DNA from: a virus | Lineage: Duplodnaviria > Caudoviricetes | DNA length: 24,298 nucleotides | Reading direction: 5' to 3' (one strand) | IMG/VR virus record: IMGVR_UViG_3300025723_000167 | Coordinates: 1-24,298 of that record | Part shown: piece after piece, positions 8,091 to 17,267 of the stretch | How positions within the stretch are numbered: position 1 is the stretch's first letter | Layout: each line of letters starts with the position of its first letter | The notes under the pieces: generated by a model | What the model was told of the DNA's origin: nothing | What the model saw: the letters and a program-made list of their open reading frames with translations, nothing else | Databases searched by the model: none | Translations under genes and position numbers: made by a program

Positions 8091-8630
8091 TTAACCTTTT
8101 GCTGGTCTTGCGGCTTTAACGGCTGCTATTCTTGCTGCGGCGTGTTCGGCACGATCTGCTTTTGCTTGAGTAATAGCAGCAGCAACAGCGGCCTGTGTTT
8201 CAGCATTGATCGGAGCAACAACTGCCTTACGGCCGATTACTTTTGACTTTGCTGCAACAACACGAGCAGCAACAGCGGCTGCTCTATCTGTTTTATATTT
8301 GGCTAGATCAGCAGCACCTTTAGCAACTTTTGCTGCTTGCTCTATCTGTGGTTTCTTCAAGCGAGGAAGAAAAGCAGGATGTGCTTTAAGTGCTGCAAGA
8401 TCGCCAACTACAGCATTATCCACAACAACCTGCGGAAGAGTTGTATAACCAGGTACTGCCGCAGCAACATCTGACTTCTTCCACTTACCGCTGTCAATCT
8501 CTCTTACTTCAACTTTTGCACCACAATTACGCAGAAGACTAGCAGCCTTGATTCCATCTCTGTTGTCAGACGTAGTCCAGATTACAGCAGTTTTCTGCGG
8601 TGGCTTTGTTTTTCTTGTTGTCAATGTCAT
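8091..8630 (-). CDS. Glutaredoxin-fold protein lacking the CxxC active site, with Ala/Lys/Arg-rich C-terminal tail
   Basis: AVIWT....(NRDG)..A.SLL...G...E.R.I...W.K.D....VP...TLPQVVVD...VGD...L follows the phage glutaredoxin pattern (TVPQ cis-Pro, GG turn), but NRDG occupies the CPYC position. Confidence 0.7.
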   Translation of the reverse strand: MTLTTRKTKPPQKTAVIWTTSDNRDGIKAASLLRNCGAKVEVREIDSGKWKKSDVAAAVPGYTTLPQVVVDNAVVGDLAALKAHPAFLPRLKKPQIEQAAKVAKGAADLAKYKTDRAAAVAARVVAAKSKVIGRKAVVAPINAETQAAVAAAITQAKADRAEHAAARIAAVKAARPAKG

Positions 8631-8643
8631 TTGTTAATCCTTA

Positions 8644-11600
8644 TTATGTCTGTATCATCCACTTGTCTGTTTCAATCTTTAGGATTGTTACATAAGTGTC
8701 TACGGGTACATTAATGTTGTTATCAAGACCAAACTTGCTTAAGATCAGCGTTGTTGTCATATTATCAACTGGAACAATATGTGTTGAGTTAGTGCTGCCA
8801 GTTACCAATGTAATACAAGTTCCAATTGGGAATGCAACGCTGGCGTTAGTTGGAATCTTAACATCACCTGTTCCTGTCTTGTAGATGTGTTTACCACGAT
8901 CAAGTAATACAAGTGTGTAATCACCATCAGCACTTACTGCATGTTGTGGGATGTCTTGATTTAGAACACTATGACCATCACTGTCAACAATGTCGCCACC
9001 TGATGGAAGTTTGAACTTACCGTCCTGTTGGAAGTACCAGTATTGATCGTTTGCTGTGATCTGAAGATCATAAGCATCACCCATTGATACAGCATCAGTT
9101 GCTTGGATGTTTACACAGCCGCTACCAATCTGCCAGAAACCATCAACATTAATATGACCGCTTGGTGGTAGTTGTAGACTGCCGTCACGGTTGAAGTACC
9201 AGTAGTTATAAGTTGAGGAACCGGGTCTATTAGCATGACCTGCTTGAATTACAAAGTCATATGGATCTGGATCAACATTGTCTGTAGCACCAATGTATGG
9301 GTAGCCAGCATTGCCATGACGTTGACCAATTGCCCAATAACCGCCCATGTCAATATCTGAACCATTACCATACCAATTTGGAGCATATAGCGTTCCGTTA
9401 TTGTCACTTGTAAACTGCCACTGATAGTCACTTGATGCTTGGATAGTAACACCATCACTATTAAGCGAAATCTTGTTTGTGTCATCCCAGTGTATGTAAA
9501 CGCCGCCGCCACTTTCAACTGGAGCAAACATGCTGTAGATGTTTAGGTCATAACCTTCAGTTACATAAAGATCTGACTGCCATGGACTGCTTGGATTTGT
9601 TTCAAAATGTATATCACCAATATGATTGTAACCATAGTAGTAATCATAATAGTTGTTGCTGTTGCCAATGGCAATCTTAGGTGCTATGAATGAACCATAG
9701 TAATCATCAAACCAAAATTTATTATTAGCAGTAGTTACAGCAACACTTCTTGCGTGATAGTATTCATCAAATCCAGTATCAATATTGTTATTTTCAATAT
9801 CAACTCCGGCACCTTGACGTCTGCCAGTATAAGATCCAATTGCTACTATACCACCGTTAGGACCATTACTGCGCCACTTATCATGTACACCAATGCTCCA
9901 TAGAGCATCAGTTGGATTAATATTGATAAAGCCTTCATTGTAAGAAGTTGCTCCAATACCGTAATAATCACTGGGGCCGCCCATCCCGCTACGATAACTA
10001 TTATCATAACGATCAACTGTATTAACAATATTAACATTAAATGTATCACCCAGTGTTAAACTGTTGGTTACGCTGGGAACAACTTTGCTGTCATTTCTTA
10101 GAGCATTCTTGTTAATGTCTAATGCGCCATAAGCAAAACGGCCATTATTAAAGCCGCCTTGATATTTTGCGAATGGAGTATGTACCCAATCTGTCATATT
10201 AGCAGTGATATAGGCACGACTTGAATTATTACCTGTACCTAAGAACTTACCACCACCATAAATCAAGTTGCGGATTTCATCACCATGTGTATATTTTACC
10301 AGTGCTTGGAAATGTACATCTTCGTTATCGAAACTTTCATAAATTGGATACTTTAATGTGATTGAATTATTGTCTGTATTCTTGGCAACTACAATATTTG
10401 GCTCATACCAAGTTGTCTCTCTGTCTTCGTCAGTCATTAACCAGTATGTTCTATCCTGAGGATACTGCTGATTCTGCCCATTATGATTGTCAGCACCAGC
10501 ATAAACTCTCTGTCCAACAACAATGTTAGTTAGATTTGGTAATACAAGCGTATTATCACCCTTTTTACCATATACACCGCTCTTTGTAACTGTGGTATAA
10601 GTGCCAAATGCGCTGGTGTCCAAGCGATTTGTTTTTGCCTTGTCGTGATATAGACCCCAGTTACCATCATAGTTGTCCATAAACCAAGTGCCGTTTAGTT
10701 CAACAACATATGATCCACTGATTGTAACTCGTTCGCCATGCCACTGGCTTTCTGGTGCTTGTCCCCAAACAATCTGATTACCTGTACCATTTGGACCCAA
10801 GTAAACACCACCTGATGTACCAATAGCAATTCTATAGATACTGGCATAAGCAGGTCCTGGAGTTACATAGTTCCAAGTTGTACCTTGATCTGGAGTATAG
10901 TATACAACACCATAGTAATCGCTAATGGCCATATAATTAACACCATCAATCTCACCAGCAGCAATGTCTTCAACACCATAGTAGTCGCTGTGAGAAAGAT
11001 TTAGTCCAGTTATAGCAGTACCAAGAAGTAAATCGTTCCATGAACCCTGTCGGGGATCAGAACTTGAGTTAACATAAATGTTTGCTGTATTATAGTAGGA
11101 AATCCAACCATGTCCATCATACCATGAATGCCATGAACTGGCAGGCATAGTTGCGAAATAACTGCTGCTGTTTAGTGGAGTTGTGATGCTTGTGATATAA
11201 AAAGCACCTGGATTTAGTCTGTCACTGCCATTTGGATTGGTAGTATTAATATGATAATTAAGTGAGAACAACCAACCATTTGCGCCACGAGTAACGCTGC
11301 TGATTGTCATACCGGTTGCTGTACCAACAGAATAATTATTCTGAGCAACAACAATACCGTTTACATAAGCAAGATCAATATCAACCTTAGTCCAAGTTGC
11401 GCCATCTGCGCTGTAAGCAGCGATTGGTCTATTGGTATTAACACCAGCATCATGATAATAACCGCCAGCAATAAAATAGCCTCCACCAAAATCTAATGAT
11501 TCCCAAATAATGCTTTCGCCATTTGGTCCACGACGTGTGATATCATCATTGGGAACAATTGCTGCTTGATATGGACCTGTGCTATAACGAAGTTCGTCTT

Positions 11601-11961
11601 TATCTGTTATGTTACTATGTGCTCGGTATACTATTACTCCGTTACCAATCGCAATACTATTACTATACCAATCAATTGATTGCTTTGATCCAATGCTGCT
11701 AGTCTGCACTGGAGCAGTCCAGTGGATACCATCTTCACTGATTCTTGCCACTTGCGAATAGTAATCATTGACATTGACAAATACAGGCTGTAGACCACTT
11801 TCTTGAACTGTATAAGCAAGATCGTTCCAGGCTTTTACACCGTCACCAATCTTCATATTGTTAGTATCAAGTTCAACGCCAGGCTCACCTTGAGCAAGTA
11901 TAGGGTTAGTGCTTGCCCAATTGCTTGACAAATCTCTTCTTAACTGTATTTTTGCAGCCAT
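8644..11961 (-). CDS. Large tail fibre/adhesin: Mtd_N-like N-terminus, Asp-box-like propeller region, fibre repeats and C-terminal beta domain
   Basis: 1105 aa. KIQLRRD....W...NPILAQGEPGVELDT..MKIGDG..AW.DLAY; ISEDGIHW, YSADGATW and YTPDQGTTW; W.F..DG...LP repeats; C-terminal YTLVLLDRGK...IPTNASVAFPIGT. Confidence 0.75.
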   Translation of the reverse strand: MAAKIQLRRDLSSNWASTNPILAQGEPGVELDTNNMKIGDGVKAWNDLAYTVQESGLQPVFVNVNDYYSQVARISEDGIHWTAPVQTSSIGSKQSIDWYSNSIAIGNGVIVYRAHSNITDKDELRYSTGPYQAAIVPNDDITRRGPNGESIIWESLDFGGGYFIAGGYYHDAGVNTNRPIAAYSADGATWTKVDIDLAYVNGIVVAQNNYSVGTATGMTISSVTRGANGWLFSLNYHINTTNPNGSDRLNPGAFYITSITTPLNSSSYFATMPASSWHSWYDGHGWISYYNTANIYVNSSSDPRQGSWNDLLLGTAITGLNLSHSDYYGVEDIAAGEIDGVNYMAISDYYGVVYYTPDQGTTWNYVTPGPAYASIYRIAIGTSGGVYLGPNGTGNQIVWGQAPESQWHGERVTISGSYVVELNGTWFMDNYDGNWGLYHDKAKTNRLDTSAFGTYTTVTKSGVYGKKGDNTLVLPNLTNIVVGQRVYAGADNHNGQNQQYPQDRTYWLMTDEDRETTWYEPNIVVAKNTDNNSITLKYPIYESFDNEDVHFQALVKYTHGDEIRNLIYGGGKFLGTGNNSSRAYITANMTDWVHTPFAKYQGGFNNGRFAYGALDINKNALRNDSKVVPSVTNSLTLGDTFNVNIVNTVDRYDNSYRSGMGGPSDYYGIGATSYNEGFININPTDALWSIGVHDKWRSNGPNGGIVAIGSYTGRRQGAGVDIENNNIDTGFDEYYHARSVAVTTANNKFWFDDYYGSFIAPKIAIGNSNNYYDYYYGYNHIGDIHFETNPSSPWQSDLYVTEGYDLNIYSMFAPVESGGGVYIHWDDTNKISLNSDGVTIQASSDYQWQFTSDNNGTLYAPNWYGNGSDIDMGGYWAIGQRHGNAGYPYIGATDNVDPDPYDFVIQAGHANRPGSSTYNYWYFNRDGSLQLPPSGHINVDGFWQIGSGCVNIQATDAVSMGDAYDLQITANDQYWYFQQDGKFKLPSGGDIVDSDGHSVLNQDIPQHAVSADGDYTLVLLDRGKHIYKTGTGDVKIPTNASVAFPIGTCITLVTGSTNSTHIVPVDNMTTTLILSKFGLDNNINVPVDTYVTILKIETDKWMIQT

Positions 11962-11981
11962 CTGAAAACTCCGTTATAGTG

Positions 11982-11989
11982 TATTTATT
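11982..11989 (-). promoter_or_regulatory. Late promoter variant AATAAATA
   Basis: 7/8 match, 20 nt upstream of ATG 11961. Confidence 0.7.
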
Positions 11990-12014
11990 GTTAGGCTTCG
12001 TTTCCTATGCGGTC

Positions 12015-12710
12015 TTATAATCCAAATCTTGTTCTCAAGAAGCCATAGTTCTGTTGTATCTGTATCAAAGACAACTTAGTGGTGTACAGAAACATGTTAG
12101 CAATATATCCAAATGGCTGTGAAGCACCAGTACGACCAACATTGCCTGTTACGTTGTGATTGTTGCCCGCAGATGATGCTGTTGTAGTACCTACTTGTCG
12201 TCCATTGATATAGAATGTTTCACCCGAGCTGTCACCTGTCACTACCCACTGTGTCCAAACATTAGCCAAATTGGCTACATCATATCCAGCTGAGTGAAAG
12301 TTAGTTCCATTGTTGTCCCACGTGCCTAAGTTATTTGTTCCTGCCTGTATCAATAAGGGATGATCATCGGGACTGGTTCTAAACAAGGTGCGATAACCTG
12401 CTGTGCTGGCAATCATACGGGCCCAGGCAATATAAGTAAAGCCTGTAGTAGGTAGTAGTGGTCCAGGAGTAGTGGGACTGATACCATAAGTATCAGAACA
12501 GTCAAAACATTTGACTCCACTCACTGTGACAAACTGACTGGCATTGCCTAGATTTTGCGTACGACTGTTACCTGACAGGTCAGTAATAGCTCTACCAGTA
12601 CCTGGATAGCTTGCGTTATCATTGGCATCAATCCATATGGCAAGATTGCTAGTAGTGATATAAGCATCTACCACTGTAGTCCCTGTTAGTGTTACACCTT
12701 GAATAATCAT
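12015..12710 (-). CDS. LamG/concanavalin-A-like lectin-domain virion protein
   Basis: NLAIWIDA....SYPGTG..ITDLSGN...FT..AW...W...V.T......FYING...FGYIANM.LY...LS..QIQQNY...R.RFGL. The ATG at 12710 is preferred to the TTG at 12716. Confidence 0.8.
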   Translation of the reverse strand: MIIQGVTLTGTTVVDAYITTSNLAIWIDANDNASYPGTGRAITDLSGNSRTQNLGNASQFVTVSGVKCFDCSDTYGISPTTPGPLLPTTGFTYIAWARMIASTAGYRTLFRTSPDDHPLLIQAGTNNLGTWDNNGTNFHSAGYDVANLANVWTQWVVTGDSSGETFYINGRQVGTTTASSAGNNHNVTGNVGRTGASQPFGYIANMFLYTTKLSLIQIQQNYGFLRTRFGL

Positions 12711-12712
12711 GA

Positions 12713-14440
12713 TCAACCCAATCTAGTATAACCGTAACTTACAGACTGACTGGTTCCACTATTGTTAGTGATACCAAAGTTAAACGTCCAAGCTGTTGTA
12801 GTAGTTACTGTGGCTGTACTGATACCATTTGCGGTTCCGATAATCTGCGCAGGTATCGCTGTGAGTACCAAAGCATTGCCTGTGGCATAATACCAACCAT
12901 AGCTGGTGCCCAACACTGGCACATTTTGATTAGTCACAACCACCGTGGCTGTATAGGTAACTATACCATTGTTAACATTTCCATTCACCCACAATGTGTA
13001 TGTGCCTGGGCCAGGCACACTGAAGTTGACAGTGTTAGCTCCTGCGGCTAATGTCCAAGTTCCTGCATAGGAAGAAAACTCACTTGCGGTAACTGTTCCA
13101 TTGGCTGGCATGGTAAAGTTGCCAGCATTGTCAAATGTATATGTATAACTACCAGCTACTAGATTTACATTGGGTTGTGATCCTATAATGTTACTTGCTT
13201 GATTTACAGTTAGATTGGTCAACTGTGATCCGTCGCCAATAAACTTGCCGCCGCCTGTAACAGTAACATTGCCACCGATTGTTAAATCACCCGAGTCGCT
13301 TAGATCTAGTAGAGTGTTAGAATAAGCACTATTGATGATCTGTAAGTTACCTGTATCGCTCATGCGTACACTTTTGTCGGTATGTATAGCACCAAAATTA
13401 TTATTTGTAAATTTAAATATACCAGCATATCCAGTACCGCTGTCTGAAGTATTATTGCTTGTAACGGCGATTGGTCCAGATGTTGTTAGTTTACCATCTA
13501 TACCAAATATCCAAGCGCCGCCACCGGGCGAAAATATAGCCGATGATCCTCCAGAAAACCCTGTTAAAATATTTTGATCAACTGTAAAATACCAAAGATG
13601 ATTTTGTATGTCATGGGATATATCAATAACATTAGCAGCTACGTGTGTTCCCCAAGAAACAGTTACTATTGCACCAACTTGTATTAATGCCGGTTTTACA
13701 GTTTCTTGACGGTCGTCGACTATTAAACGCCAAGCTTCCCCCAAACTATCTGTGTTAGCAATCACCATAGTTTCATTGGGAGATGTGCCAGTCACTATAG
13801 ATAGATCGCTTTGGCTATGTATTTTGCCTGGTAATGTTAAATTACCGTCAGATCCAAATGTCCATTTTGTGCCAGGGGATGATGGTTGAAGACTATTGCC
13901 GTAGATGTCCACGCTGTGCTGATTGACTACAATACCTGCTGCATTATAGCCTTTGCTGTCATCTCCGTAAGGATAGATTCTAATAGGATCGTTAGTGTAA
14001 GACCCTCTAATATTCAATCCAGTAGCCCAAGCTGCACCAATATGATCTGCCTGTTCAAATATCTGTGAACCTGATGAAAATGTTAGTCCGTTTGGCAATG
14101 TTAATGTGCCGTCTGTATTAAAATTCCAGTGATTACCATATGATGAAATATCAATAGGTTCATCACTAACAAAATGAAATCCCATAACACTTTGTATGTA
14201 AGCGTTTCCATATTCAAAGTTTAACTTGCCATCTGCACCAAGTATTACTGCATGACTATCTTTAGTCAATCTATCAGGAGAACCACCAGCATAAGCCAAA
14301 TCCGCCCAAGCAGTGCTACCATCGCCATACTTGATTTGATTATTATCAATGTCTAATCCTGGCTCACCATCATCCAGGATGGGATTGACTCTTACCCAGT
14401 TTGCTGTTGTATCTCTTCTTAATTGTATTTTGTTGGCCAT
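12713..14440 (-). CDS. Tail fibre/adhesin with Mtd_N-like N-terminus
   Basis: MANKIQLRRDTTANW..VNPILDDGEPG.D.....KYGDG.TAW.DLAY, W.F..DG.LTLP repeats and FIGDGSQLTNL. Start moved to ATG 14440 because it has a GGAG RBS and follows the stop at 14442. Confidence 0.75.
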   Translation of the reverse strand: MANKIQLRRDTTANWVRVNPILDDGEPGLDIDNNQIKYGDGSTAWADLAYAGGSPDRLTKDSHAVILGADGKLNFEYGNAYIQSVMGFHFVSDEPIDISSYGNHWNFNTDGTLTLPNGLTFSSGSQIFEQADHIGAAWATGLNIRGSYTNDPIRIYPYGDDSKGYNAAGIVVNQHSVDIYGNSLQPSSPGTKWTFGSDGNLTLPGKIHSQSDLSIVTGTSPNETMVIANTDSLGEAWRLIVDDRQETVKPALIQVGAIVTVSWGTHVAANVIDISHDIQNHLWYFTVDQNILTGFSGGSSAIFSPGGGAWIFGIDGKLTTSGPIAVTSNNTSDSGTGYAGIFKFTNNNFGAIHTDKSVRMSDTGNLQIINSAYSNTLLDLSDSGDLTIGGNVTVTGGGKFIGDGSQLTNLTVNQASNIIGSQPNVNLVAGSYTYTFDNAGNFTMPANGTVTASEFSSYAGTWTLAAGANTVNFSVPGPGTYTLWVNGNVNNGIVTYTATVVVTNQNVPVLGTSYGWYYATGNALVLTAIPAQIIGTANGISTATVTTTTAWTFNFGITNNSGTSQSVSYGYTRLG

Positions 14441-14441
14441 A

Positions 14442-15509
14442 TTATGCTCCGCCACCGTTTAATGTAGTTGTGTATACGCTGTTGCCAGCACCTGCGCCAT
14501 CAAATACTGTGCTGCTAGGTCCAAATCTTGTGCTGCCAAATCCACCATCAGCAAACATTACATTACTATCATAAATCGAGTATGCACCGCCGCCATCAAT
14601 ATCAATGTTTTGTAGCGTAATCGACTGACTTGTTAGTAGTTTATTATTATCTGTAAGCTGACTGATGTCTTCTGGCAATTCTGTTAACCAAGCTGCTCTA
14701 ACACCGTCGCTACGCTGATAGACACCGTTAATTGGTAATCTTACATTGCTGTTCTCTTCAGTTCTAAGTAGTGTTTCCCAAGCCCCATCAACATAAGTCT
14801 TAACTTGCTTGTCATCAGGATTAAACAGCAAGTCACCAGTCTTACCCAGTACATACGATGTAGGAAGATATGCCAAGTTCAACGGACTTTGAACAATATT
14901 AACACGATTAGCAGCCGTTAAATTTAAATCTGTTGTGCTATTAAATTCAGGAATGCCGGTTGCAGTTGTACTAATTGTTCCTGGAATTACTGTATTGCCA
15001 TTTGAATAAAGTGTTAAAGAATAGTCACCATTGGTTAATTGACTATTAATAAGAGGTAGACTACCATCAATGAATAGGTTTCCACTGGATATTGTAAGAT
15101 GATGTGAATCAAGATAAAAACTTGTTGTACTTACATTGCTTGCTATAACACTCAAAAACTCAACGCTATTGGATGTGTTTAAATTTTGATTAAATGTATT
15201 ATCTTGCCCAACAATAGACCCATTAATATATAAATTACCATCGGTTGCAGTAATATTATGATTGCCTAATTCAAATCCAGTGGTAACTAAGTTACCAACT
15301 GTAACATTTCCAGTAATAACAACTGGGTGATTTGCATTTAATCCAGCAATAGTTTGATCGATAACAAATATATTACCAAGATTGGAATTACCAGTTCCTG
15401 GGGTTCCAGAAGCATTCCACTTAACACCATCCCATATGTACGTTATGCCATTGGGTGCTTCATAAGGTGTGCCTGGTGTCTGCGGCTGTGAAGGAAAAAC
15501 TAATGCCAT
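14442..15509 (-). CDS. Fibre-like virion protein with C-terminal DGG repeats
   Basis: 355 aa. N-terminal FP.....G..Y...NG.TYIWDG.KW, an internal duplicated F.L..H..T...GNL(Y/F)I.GS unit, and a C-terminus with IDGGGA..ADGGFG..FDGAGA..LNGGGA. Confidence 0.7.
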   Translation of the reverse strand: MALVFPSQPQTPGTPYEAPNGITYIWDGVKWNASGTPGTGNSNLGNIFVIDQTIAGLNANHPVVITGNVTVGNLVTTGFELGNHNITATDGNLYINGSIVGQDNTFNQNLNTSNSVEFLSVIASNVSTTSFYLDSHHLTISSGNLFIDGSLPLINSQLTNGDYSLTLYSNGNTVIPGTISTTATGIPEFNSTTDLNLTAANRVNIVQSPLNLAYLPTSYVLGKTGDLLFNPDDKQVKTYVDGAWETLLRTEENSNVRLPINGVYQRSDGVRAAWLTELPEDISQLTDNNKLLTSQSITLQNIDIDGGGAYSIYDSNVMFADGGFGSTRFGPSSTVFDGAGAGNSVYTTTLNGGGA

Positions 15510-15529
15510 TTCTTAATTCCTAATAATTA

Positions 15530-15537
15530 TATTTACC
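15530..15537 (-). promoter_or_regulatory. Late promoter variant GGTAAATA
   Basis: TAAATA core 20 nt upstream of ATG 15509. Confidence 0.55.
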
Positions 15538-15550
15538 CAATAATTTAATA

Positions 15551-17179
15551 TCACCAATTGCTTAGTAAAGATCTCTTCCAAGTATTTGTTGCAATACAGA
15601 TATAAACATAATTGCTATCATAAGCAATTTGGCCAGGCGTTCCTGTACTATTCGCATGAGCTGGTGCAGCTATTGCTATGGATGGCGGCGGACTAGTATC
15701 AACCCACGCATCATTTAGATAAACAAAAATCTTTCCACTATTTGTATCATACCATAATTCACCATTGACTGGAGAAGAAGGCGGAGTAGCAGTAGGCGGG
15801 ATAATACTATTAGATCCAACTGAACTTATAGTTCCATTATTAATAACTATTGTACTATTATCAACTTTTACTAAACCTAATTGACTGTTAGAAGCAGTAG
15901 GGACTGAAGTAATATAACCCCTACTTGTGACATATGATTCTGTTGCATATGTAGATAAGTTAGAACTTGTTAGATACCCTTGACTTGTAACATATGATTC
16001 TGTTGCATATGTAGATAAGTTAGAACTTGTTAGATACCCTTGACTTGTAACATATGATTCTGTTGCTAATCCTGTTAAAATAGATTGGGAATTAGAAAAG
16101 TTAATGAATCCACTTGCAGGTAGTGTTAAATTGCCATCATTATTAAAAGTCCAAGTTGGACCATTAGCACTTAACCAAACATTACCTTCTTTTGGAAGTT
16201 TTAAATAATTGTAATCATCGCCAAAGAACAGATCAACTTCAGCAGGATCTTGTTTCATAATATGAAAATGATGGCTTTGAGTAATAATTATTTCTGGTTG
16301 ATTACCAAATAATACAGTGCCACGTGGCGTAGTAATTCTAATACCATCGCTGCCGTCATTATTAAGTTGAATGGGATCATTACTACCGTTAGGCGGAACA
16401 ATTATACTGGCTGTATCAAGACGAGGAAATTGAAATTTGTCAGTATTAAAAAAACTAAATCCACTTTGAGATAATAAAGTTCCACCTGTATAAGCATTTG
16501 GTAATGACAGCATACCGTTACCATCAAAAGACCAAGTATGCTTAAAATTAGGATTTCCTGTTTCGCTACCAGCTTGTATTTGAACAGGACCACTTCCGCC
16601 GGTGCCAGGATCACCGTGCCCACCTTGAATAATAGTAGATCCGCTGGTTGCATTAGATCCCGATACTGCACCAGCGCCTATATATAGATTCGCCCCTACT
16701 ACACCACTGCCAGACACACTTGGAGTAGTAATTTTTCCTGAAACAGTTAAGGCGCCATCATTACCCAACTCTACAATATTACTACCGTTAATTAATTCAC
16801 TGGGAGTATGACTATTAGCTGTTAATACACCATCGTTATCGATTGATAAGCCTAAACCAACCTTAATACCACCTAATGTTGATGCACTTGCATGTGGTAA
16901 AATATATGTTGTATTAGGCGCAGCATCTACCCATTGGCTTTGATAATAGATATATGTTCTGCCACTATTGGGATCATACCATAATGCTCCAGGAGTTGGA
17001 CTATCAGGAGGAGTTGAACCAAAACGTGGAGTAGCACCAACTAATTCAGTACCACCGTAGGTAACGCCATCCATGACATAAACTTTGCCGGTAATATCGT
17101 CAACAACTAGCTCACCGTCATGACCCACAAATTCATCAATTGGAAGTTTACTGATTTTACCGTAGTAGCGTCTTAGCAT
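15551..17179 (-). CDS. Tail fibre/adhesin with Mtd_N-like N-terminus
   Basis: 542 aa. FVGHDGELVVD......YVMDGVTYGG, two P..G.LWYD..SG....Y....WVD modules, two AS...LG..KV modules, and C-terminal GTPGQIAYD..Y.YIC.ATNTWKR. Confidence 0.75.
   Translation of the reverse strand: MLRRYYGKISKLPIDEFVGHDGELVVDDITGKVYVMDGVTYGGTELVGATPRFGSTPPDSPTPGALWYDPNSGRTYIYYQSQWVDAAPNTTYILPHASASTLGGIKVGLGLSIDNDGVLTANSHTPSELINGSNIVELGNDGALTVSGKITTPSVSGSGVVGANLYIGAGAVSGSNATSGSTIIQGGHGDPGTGGSGPVQIQAGSETGNPNFKHTWSFDGNGMLSLPNAYTGGTLLSQSGFSFFNTDKFQFPRLDTASIIVPPNGSNDPIQLNNDGSDGIRITTPRGTVLFGNQPEIIITQSHHFHIMKQDPAEVDLFFGDDYNYLKLPKEGNVWLSANGPTWTFNNDGNLTLPASGFINFSNSQSILTGLATESYVTSQGYLTSSNLSTYATESYVTSQGYLTSSNLSTYATESYVTSRGYITSVPTASNSQLGLVKVDNSTIVINNGTISSVGSNSIIPPTATPPSSPVNGELWYDTNSGKIFVYLNDAWVDTSPPPSIAIAAPAHANSTGTPGQIAYDSNYVYICIATNTWKRSLLSNW
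15923..16066. repeat. In-frame 60-bp tandem repeat (~2.4 copies)
   Basis: Exact 60-bp periodicity from 15930 to 16066; one mismatch extends it to 15923. Encodes ATESYVTSQGYLTSSNLSTY. Confidence 0.95.
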
Positions 17180-17201
17180 GATCTATTCCCAGTGTATAAT
17201 G

Positions 17202-17209
17202 TATTTATG
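17202..17209 (-). promoter_or_regulatory. Late promoter variant CATAAATA
   Basis: 7/8 match, 22 nt upstream of ATG 17179. Confidence 0.7.
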
Positions 17210-17229
17210 GGTGTTGGGTGTTTGCCGAG

Positions 17230-17245
17230 TGCATGGCAGGTATGT
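17230..17245. promoter_or_regulatory. LysR-type (LsrB/VtlR-like) dyad site
   Basis: TGCATGGCAGGTATGT contains a CAT-N7-ATG dyad and T-N11-A (17230-17242). Confidence 0.5.
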
Positions 17246-17246
17246 G

Positions 17247-17258
17247 TGCAGTGCAGCA
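17247..17258. promoter_or_regulatory. PhaR/AniA-like operator
   Basis: TGCAGTGCAGCA contains the TGCA-G-TGCA palindrome and fits the TGCRNYGCASMA consensus I recall for alphaproteobacterial PhaR. Confidence 0.5.
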
Positions 17259-17267
17259 TAGATTCAG

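Noticed and set aside
15923-16066. CRISPR-like array
   Set aside because: The units are contiguous and in frame, with no unique spacers.
8644-17179. Diversity-generating retroelement suggested by the Mtd-like N-termini
   Set aside because: No reverse transcriptase is present, and I saw no template/variable repeat pair differing at adenines. Mtd_N-like domains alone do not imply a DGR, though one could lie outside the window.
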